NCBI GenBank assembly: GCA_037441385.1
Contig: JBBISH010000145.1
Coordinates: 1 to 14,272, forward strand
DNA from: Myxococcales bacterium
GTDB lineage: Bacteria; Myxococcota_A; UBA9042
Direction: 5' to 3'
DNA length: 14,272 nt
Under the pieces are notes generated by a model, which was not told where the DNA came from, did not search any database, and saw only the letters and a list, made by a program, of their open reading frames with translations. Shown one piece after another: positions 8,917-14,272 of the stretch; position 1 is the stretch's first letter, and each line of letters opens with the position of its first letter. A program made the translations under genes and the position numbers.

Positions 8917-11900
8917 ATGCGTCCTGATTTCCACCAAGGTGCGCGTATCCTGGTCGTGGAAGACAGCCCGACCCAGCGCCAAGAGCTGCAGATGGTGCTC
9001 GAGGACGAGGGATTCACCGTGGCCGTTGCCGAGAACGGTCGCCTTGGACTCGACTTGGCCAAGTCGCAGCCCTTCGATCTGGTGATCACCGACGTCGTCA
9101 TGCCCGAGATGGACGGCTTTCAGCTGTGTCATTCGCTCCGCCGCGACGCGCGCTTGGCCGACATTCCGGTCGTGCTCCTGACTTCGCTGAGCGACGCTGC
9201 CGATGTGGTGCGAGCGCTCGAGGTGGGCGCCAACAATTTTGTGCGCAAGCCCTTGGCGCCCGAATACCTGCTGACGCGCGTGCACAGCATCCTGGCAACC
9301 GAGGAAGTGCGGCGGCAGTCGCGCGGTGCGCCGGTATCGGCGGTCCGTGTCGGCGGCAAGGCTTTTCAACTGCGCGCCGAACAGCTCGACCGGCTCGATG
9401 GGCTGCTGACGATGTTCGATGGCGCGGACCTGGAGCTGGAGGACCCGCCACCAGGCCTGGACCGGCCATTGCGCGTCTTGGCGGTGGACGACAGTGCGAC
9501 GAGCGCCGCGTTGGTCAAGCACGAGCTAGAGGCGCGGGATTTCTTGGTGACCGTGGCCACCGATGGTCGCGAGGCGTTGGCGCTGCTCGAGCAGGTGCGC
9601 GTCGACGCGGTCGTGTCGGACCTGGTGATGCCAAATCTGGACGGTCTGGGCCTGTGTCGGGCACTGCGCGCCGATCCCAGGTTCGAGCGACTGCCCGTTG
9701 TTCTGGTCTCGGCGCTGGCCGACCCGCTGGATTTGGTGGCTGGCATCGAGGCGGGCGCCGACCGTTTTGTCCGCAAGCCATGTCACGGTCCCGCGCTGGC
9801 GGGAACGCTGCGCCGCTTGGTGGCTCAGCGGTGTCACGATGCGCCGGAGCCCAAGGCGCCCGACGTCGACCTTGTCTATTCGGGTCAGCACTATCGAATT
9901 GGCGCTAGTCGTTTGCAGATGCTCGACCTGCTGATGTCGAGCTACATGAGCGCGATGCAGCAGAACGAGGAGCTTGCCCAGGCTCAGGCCGAATTGCGCC
10001 GCGCCAACGAGACCTTGGAGGCACGTGTCAGCCTGCGCACCCGGCAATTGAGCAGGCGCGTTCGCGAGTTGAGCTGCATGCACAGCGCGTCGCAGTTGTT
10101 CGCCCAGGTCCATGTGTCGGTCGATGCGGTGATCCCGCCGTTTCTCGACGTCATCGTCAAGGGTTTTGACTATCCGGGCCACGCGGCGGCGCGCCTGGCG
10201 CTGGATGGGCGCGAGTGGCGCACAGGCGAGTGGCGCACAGGTGCCACCGACCTTGCCGCGGGTGCTCACCTCGAGACGCCGGTGTTCGTGGCGGGGCAGC
10301 GGCGCGGTAGCTTGTCCGTGACGTGGCCAGCGCCTGTGCCGGGTGATGCGGCGGGCCTGCCAAGCTCAGAAGAGCGCGACCTGCTGACGAGCCTGGCCAA
10401 TTTGCTGGGTGAGCACCTTGCGATGCTGGAAGAAGAGCTGCGCCGGCAAGAGGCCGAGCGCGAGTTGCATCGCGCGGTGGCGCGCTTGGAGGCATTTTGG
10501 CAGTTCAGCACCCGAGAGGATGCCAGCGCTCCGGACTTGTACGCGGCCGCGGCGGAGCAGATGGTGCGGATGACCGCCAGCCCTCTGGGTCTTTGGGCCA
10601 CCGTCAGCGACCACGGCGCCGCGATGGGTGTCCAAGCTCTGTGTGTCGCGTTTGCGGGCGAGGCCAAGCAGGTCCCCGTGCCTGGGGTGTTGCCCGTGGC
10701 GCCGGGTAGCGTGTGGGCCCAGGTCGTGCGCAATCGAACGCCGGCCATCGTGGCGGATCCGGGTGCGCTGGAATTGGGCGAAGGGTGGCAACTGCCCGTG
10801 TCTACGGCGATTCGTCGCCTGCTGGTGGTCCCAGCTCTTGAGGGCGAGCGCGTGGTTGCGCTTGCCGCCGTGGCGGACCATGGCGCTCCGTACGATGACT
10901 CGGACGCCCGGCAGCTGGGCTCGTTTGTGAGCGCGGTGTTGACCCGCATCAAGTTGCGCAGCGGCCAAGAGGCACTGGCCAAAAGCGAAGCGCTGTTCCG
11001 GGGTTCAACCGAGGCGATGATGGACGCCCTTGGCGTGTTTCGGGCAGTGCGCGGGGCGGACGGTCGCGTGGACGACTTTGCGGTAGAGTACGTCAATCCC
11101 GCGGCGCAGGCCGCGGACGGTTGCTTCGATGGGACGTATGCTGACAAAATGATGAGTGAATTGTCGCCCATGTGGCAGTCGACCCAACTGGCCGAGGCGT
11201 TTGCTCGGGTGGTCGAGTCGAGCGAGCCTTTTGCCGGGGATGCCTGGGCGTGCGAGCCGGCCGACGCGGCTGCCGGCGAAACGTGTTGGTACGATCTCCG
11301 CGCTGGCAAACTTGGCGATGGCGTGATCGTCTCTTGGCGCAATGTGACCGAGCGCGTGCGCGCCCAGGCCGAACGAGACGCCGTTCAGGCCAACCTGGCT
11401 CAGACTGACCGATTGTCGAGCATGGGCCTGCTGGCAGCTGGCGTTGCCCACGAAATCAACAACGCACTCAACTACGTGACGCACTCGACGAGCTTGCTCG
11501 GTGCGCTGGTCCCCGCAGTGGTCGATCAGCTGCGGCGCAGCCACGCCATGATTGCCAGCATCTTTGGCCAGGACGAGTTGATCCAGGCGATGGGCGGCCC
11601 TCCCCTGGCGCCCGAACGTCTGGACAGCGCGGTCGAGATGGTGGCCATTGCCCAAAACGGCGTAAAGAGAATCGCGGCCATCGCGAGCAATCTAAGGACA
11701 TTTTCGCGATCCGATCAGAACGAACTCAGCTTGGTCGACCTGCGCGAGCCGCTGGAATACGCCACCACCGTGGCGTACAACGAGTACAAGTACCGCGCTG
11801 AATTGGTCAAAGAGTTTGGCGATGTACCAGCCGTCCGGGCGTCGGAGGGTAAACTAGCCCAAGTGTTCCTCAACCTCATCATCAACGCCGCCCACGCCAT

Positions 11901-12195
11901 CCCGGCGGGGCAAGGTCCCGGCCATCAGATCCGCATACGGACCTGGAACGACGGCGCTTGGGTGTGCGCATCTATCAGCGACACGGGCAACGGCATTGCA
12001 CCCGAAGACCGCGACCGGATCTTTCGGCCGTTCTTCACTACCAAGAAATCGGGTGTTGGCACCGGCCTTGGCCTGTCGATCTGCAAGAACATCGTCGAGA
12101 GCCTGGGGGGCACGATCGAGTTTGCCAGCGAGCAGGGGCGCGGCACCACCTTTGCCGTGCGCCTGCCGGTGCCCGCTCAGCCAGACGTCGCCTGA
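8917..12195 (+). CDS. Multi-domain sensor histidine kinase: REC-REC-coiled coil-GAF-like-GAF-PAS-HisKA-HATPase_c
   Basis: REC1 (VEDS, TDVVMPEMDG, RKP); REC2 (VDDS, SDLVMPNLDG, RKP); GAF-like LLVVPALEGERVVAL; PAS (YVNPAA...RNVTER); H box AGVAHEINN; N box QVFLNLIINAAHA; DTGNG; FFTTK; GTGLGL. Start placed at ATG 8917 (TGAGG at 8906-8910) rather than GTG 8905. Confidence 0.93.
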   Translation: MRPDFHQGARILVVEDSPTQRQELQMVLEDEGFTVAVAENGRLGLDLAKSQPFDLVITDVVMPEMDGFQLCHSLRRDARLADIPVVLLTSLSDAADVVRALEVGANNFVRKPLAPEYLLTRVHSILATEEVRRQSRGAPVSAVRVGGKAFQLRAEQLDRLDGLLTMFDGADLELEDPPPGLDRPLRVLAVDDSATSAALVKHELEARDFLVTVATDGREALALLEQVRVDAVVSDLVMPNLDGLGLCRALRADPRFERLPVVLVSALADPLDLVAGIEAGADRFVRKPCHGPALAGTLRRLVAQRCHDAPEPKAPDVDLVYSGQHYRIGASRLQMLDLLMSSYMSAMQQNEELAQAQAELRRANETLEARVSLRTRQLSRRVRELSCMHSASQLFAQVHVSVDAVIPPFLDVIVKGFDYPGHAAARLALDGREWRTGEWRTGATDLAAGAHLETPVFVAGQRRGSLSVTWPAPVPGDAAGLPSSEERDLLTSLANLLGEHLAMLEEELRRQEAERELHRAVARLEAFWQFSTREDASAPDLYAAAAEQMVRMTASPLGLWATVSDHGAAMGVQALCVAFAGEAKQVPVPGVLPVAPGSVWAQVVRNRTPAIVADPGALELGEGWQLPVSTAIRRLLVVPALEGERVVALAAVADHGAPYDDSDARQLGSFVSAVLTRIKLRSGQEALAKSEALFRGSTEAMMDALGVFRAVRGADGRVDDFAVEYVNPAAQAADGCFDGTYADKMMSELSPMWQSTQLAEAFARVVESSEPFAGDAWACEPADAAAGETCWYDLRAGKLGDGVIVSWRNVTERVRAQAERDAVQANLAQTDRLSSMGLLAAGVAHEINNALNYVTHSTSLLGALVPAVVDQLRRSHAMIASIFGQDELIQAMGGPPLAPERLDSAVEMVAIAQNGVKRIAAIASNLRTFSRSDQNELSLVDLREPLEYATTVAYNEYKYRAELVKEFGDVPAVRASEGKLAQVFLNLIINAAHAIPAGQGPGHQIRIRTWNDGAWVCASISDTGNGIAPEDRDRIFRPFFTTKKSGVGTGLGLSICKNIVESLGGTIEFASEQGRGTTFAVRLPVPAQPDVA
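10211..10240 (+). repeat. In-frame 15-bp perfect tandem duplication (EWRTG x2) in the kinase gene
   Basis: GCGAGTGGCGCACAG at 10211-10225 and 10226-10240. Confidence 0.9.
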
Positions 12196-12254
12196 ACCGC
12201 GCTGCCGATGCGGAACTTGCCCCCTGCGTCTCCGGCTGCCGGGCCGATAAGGAA

Positions 12255-12386
12255 TACCAATTCCGTCCGAATCGGATCGAAAACTCGGGCAATTCTTCGG
12301 GCCCGAACCGGGGTCCCCGCCTGATTCTCGCCAGTTGCAGAACGGGTCAGAAAAGCCGTACAGGCGCGAATCAGGTGGGGTGCGTA
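12255..12386 (+). mobile_element. 132-bp MITE-like palindromic element, copy 3 (downstream of the kinase, between convergent genes)
   Basis: Same length and orientation as copies 1 and 2; flanks GAA (12252-12254) and TAA (12387-12389), consistent with a TAA duplication carrying one substitution. Confidence 0.88.
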
Positions 12387-12432
12387 TAAAATCCTTTAAT
12401 TTCGACTAGTAGAAATTGGGGGGCATTTCTGG

Positions 12433-12468
12433 CCAGCTACTTGCACAGTACACCAGCTACTTGCACAG
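12433..12468. repeat. 16-bp direct repeat duplicating the last codons and stop of the minus-strand gene
   Basis: CCAGCTACTTGCACAG at 12433-12448 and 12453-12468, separated by TACA. Confidence 0.88.
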
Positions 12469-14272
12469 GCCCGACTGGCAGGTCTTGCCGGTCGCGCAGA
12501 CAAAGCCCTCTGGATACGCGGCGGTCTGGCAACCCAGCTTGACGTCACAGCTGTCCAGGGTGCACGGGTTGAAGTCGTTGCACACCACGTCGCTGCCCAC
12601 GCACTTGCCGCCGGTGCAGGTCTCGCCCGTAGTGCACACGTTGCCATCGTCGCAGCTGTTGCTGTGCGGCGTGTGGCTGCAGGTACCGCTGCAGGCCTCG
12701 GTGGTGCAGGGGTCACCGTCGCTGCAATCGTCCCAGGACTTGGTCCCGCAGCCGTTGACGCAGCCCTTGTTGGCCCAGGGGTCCATGCGCATGATCCAAG
12801 CCGAGTTTTCCTTGCCTGCCGGCTTGGCCTGGCCGACCACGACCAGCGCGCCCGTGTCGTCGCGGACGATGGCCCCCGTCTCGGGCGCCATGTACTCCAT
12901 GTTGGTGCCGCCGGCCACCGTGCTGAGGATCTTTCCCGTCTCGTCCACTCGCCACACCTGCAGAAAACCGCCCCAATCTGGCCCCTGCCGCCCGGCGAGC
13001 ACCACAGTGTCGTCGGGCAGAGCCACCAGCCCGCCTACATGCAGCTCGACCGCTGACGGCGGCGAGATGTTGAGCAGCACCTGACCATCGACCGACACGT
13101 GCGCCAACCAGCGCCCTGGGGCAGAGTTGTGGTCGCCGGCCGCCCACACCGTGCCGTTTGGTCCCACGGCCAGGGTGCGGAACTGCTCGCCGTCGCTGGT
13201 GCCAAGGCGAACATTGCGCACGAACTTGAGGCTGGGGTACTCAAAGAACGCGATCTCGCCGTCGGTGTTGCCAAATCCTCCTGCGCCCGGCGTGGAGTCG
13301 GCGGTGAGGCCTGCCGTCGCAATCAGCTTGGGTGTCACGAACGCGCACGCGTAGAACCGTTGCGGATCCGGTGGATCGTAAGCAGTGGCAGCCAGTTGCG
13401 TGCCGTCGCTGCCGTAGGCAAAGAGCACGCCGTGCTCCCAGGCGCCGCAGTTGCAGGTGCTGTAGCCGCACGCCACAAACTCCCCGTTTTTGTTCGGGTG
13501 GGCACTGGCGCCGGTGCCCAGGTTGGCTGCGCTGCTCTGGCCTGGAGTGGTCATCACCTTGCTCCACAGAACGGTGCCGTTGCTCGCCAGCCTTTCTACG
13601 ATGTACTTGGGTACGTTCTCGCTCGTGTAGCCCATCGCGCCGTAGGTGCCATCGCCCAGGTTGACGACCGCGGTGAGCACAGGCCCTGGCAGGTCGGTGT
13701 TGATCTCGGCGAGCGCAAACGTAGAGCCCCCGCGGCCCGCGTGCAGAAATAGGCTGTGGGCGGGGGCGCTCCACACGTTCTGCGTGCCGCGTCCCACCGC
13801 CACCACGCCGTCGCTGGTCGGGGCGACACCCAACAGGCCCTCTCCGCTGGATGTGCCGAACTTCGCCATCCCCTTGTCCCAGTAGCGCGGCTTGTTCGGG
13901 TCCGATTTGCAGGTGCCGGCGCTGCACACGTCTTCTTCGGTGCAGCTACCCGACACACACGCGGCGGTATTGGGCGCGAACTGGCAGCCCTTGACCTTGT
14001 CGCACGAGTTGTCGGTGCAGACGTTGCCGTCGTCGCACGGGCTGGCGACTTCGGGCAGGCAGACCCCGCCCTTGCAGTGGCTCAGGCTGGTGCAGGCGTC
14101 GCCGTCGTCGCAAGGGTCGGCGTTGTTGGCGTAGACGCACTTGGCGGTGACGAAATTGCAGCTGTCGTCGGTGCAGGGGTTCTTGTCGTCGCAGCTGAGG
14201 ACGCCCTTGCACTGCGCTTGGTTGCATACGTCCAAGAGCGTGCAGCCGTTGCCGTCGTCGCACGGCGTCGTG
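12457..14272 (-). CDS. Cys-rich repeat protein (CDDGNxCTxDxC repeats) with a central beta-propeller-like domain, probably extracellular; 5'-partial
   Basis: The frame is open to the window edge (…TTPCDDGNGCTLLDVC…). Multiple CDD(G/K)NxCTxD repeats flank a ~370-aa beta-strand/Gly-rich region (GTVLWSK, GTVWAAG, GALVVVG). The propeller assignment is inferred from these repeats. Confidence 0.85.
   Translation of the reverse strand, partial: TTPCDDGNGCTLLDVCNQAQCKGVLSCDDKNPCTDDSCNFVTAKCVYANNADPCDDGDACTSLSHCKGGVCLPEVASPCDDGNVCTDNSCDKVKGCQFAPNTAACVSGSCTEEDVCSAGTCKSDPNKPRYWDKGMAKFGTSSGEGLLGVAPTSDGVVAVGRGTQNVWSAPAHSLFLHAGRGGSTFALAEINTDLPGPVLTAVVNLGDGTYGAMGYTSENVPKYIVERLASNGTVLWSKVMTTPGQSSAANLGTGASAHPNKNGEFVACGYSTCNCGAWEHGVLFAYGSDGTQLAATAYDPPDPQRFYACAFVTPKLIATAGLTADSTPGAGGFGNTDGEIAFFEYPSLKFVRNVRLGTSDGEQFRTLAVGPNGTVWAAGDHNSAPGRWLAHVSVDGQVLLNISPPSAVELHVGGLVALPDDTVVLAGRQGPDWGGFLQVWRVDETGKILSTVAGGTNMEYMAPETGAIVRDDTGALVVVGQAKPAGKENSAWIMRMDPWANKGCVNGCGTKSWDDCSDGDPCTTEACSGTCSHTPHSNSCDDGNVCTTGETCTGGKCVGSDVVCNDFNPCTLDSCDVKLGCQTAAYPEGFVCATGKTCQSGLCK

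Noticed and set aside
6272..12386. The three repeats as a CRISPR array, integron attC sites or an intein
   Set aside because: Spacing is in kilobases, R boxes are absent, and the 45-aa insert lacks Cys/Ser-1 and His-Asn intein termini. The TSDs indicate DNA-level insertion.
11958..12389. 143-aa + strand ORF and the three minus-strand ORFs starting MPEFSIR
   Set aside because: They arise from open frames of the repeat and shadow frames of real genes in GC-rich DNA.
12416..14134. + strand ORFs opposite the Cys-rich gene
   Set aside because: Antisense shadow ORFs with no recognisable motifs.

Overview
GC-rich bacterial window, probably Myxococcota/deltaproteobacterial (inferred from the Cys-rich repeat protein and the operon type). 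It opens with the 3' end of a class IIC group II intron (domains V-VI, ending at 122). A + strand Wsp/Che3/Che6-like 'alternative cellular function' chemosensory operon follows: cheW, cheR-TPR, cheW, MCP, cheA-REC, cheB, and a REC-REC-GAF-like-GAF-PAS histidine kinase. A convergent, 5'-truncated Cys-rich repeat/beta-propeller-like protein gene closes the window. The most striking feature is a 132-bp palindromic MITE-like element present in three co-oriented copies (6272-6403, 8770-8901, 12255-12386) with 3-bp TGA/TNA target duplications. One copy sits in frame in the CheA ATP-binding domain and adds exactly 45 amino acids; removing it restores a canonical CheA sequence. The other two copies bracket the output kinase gene.
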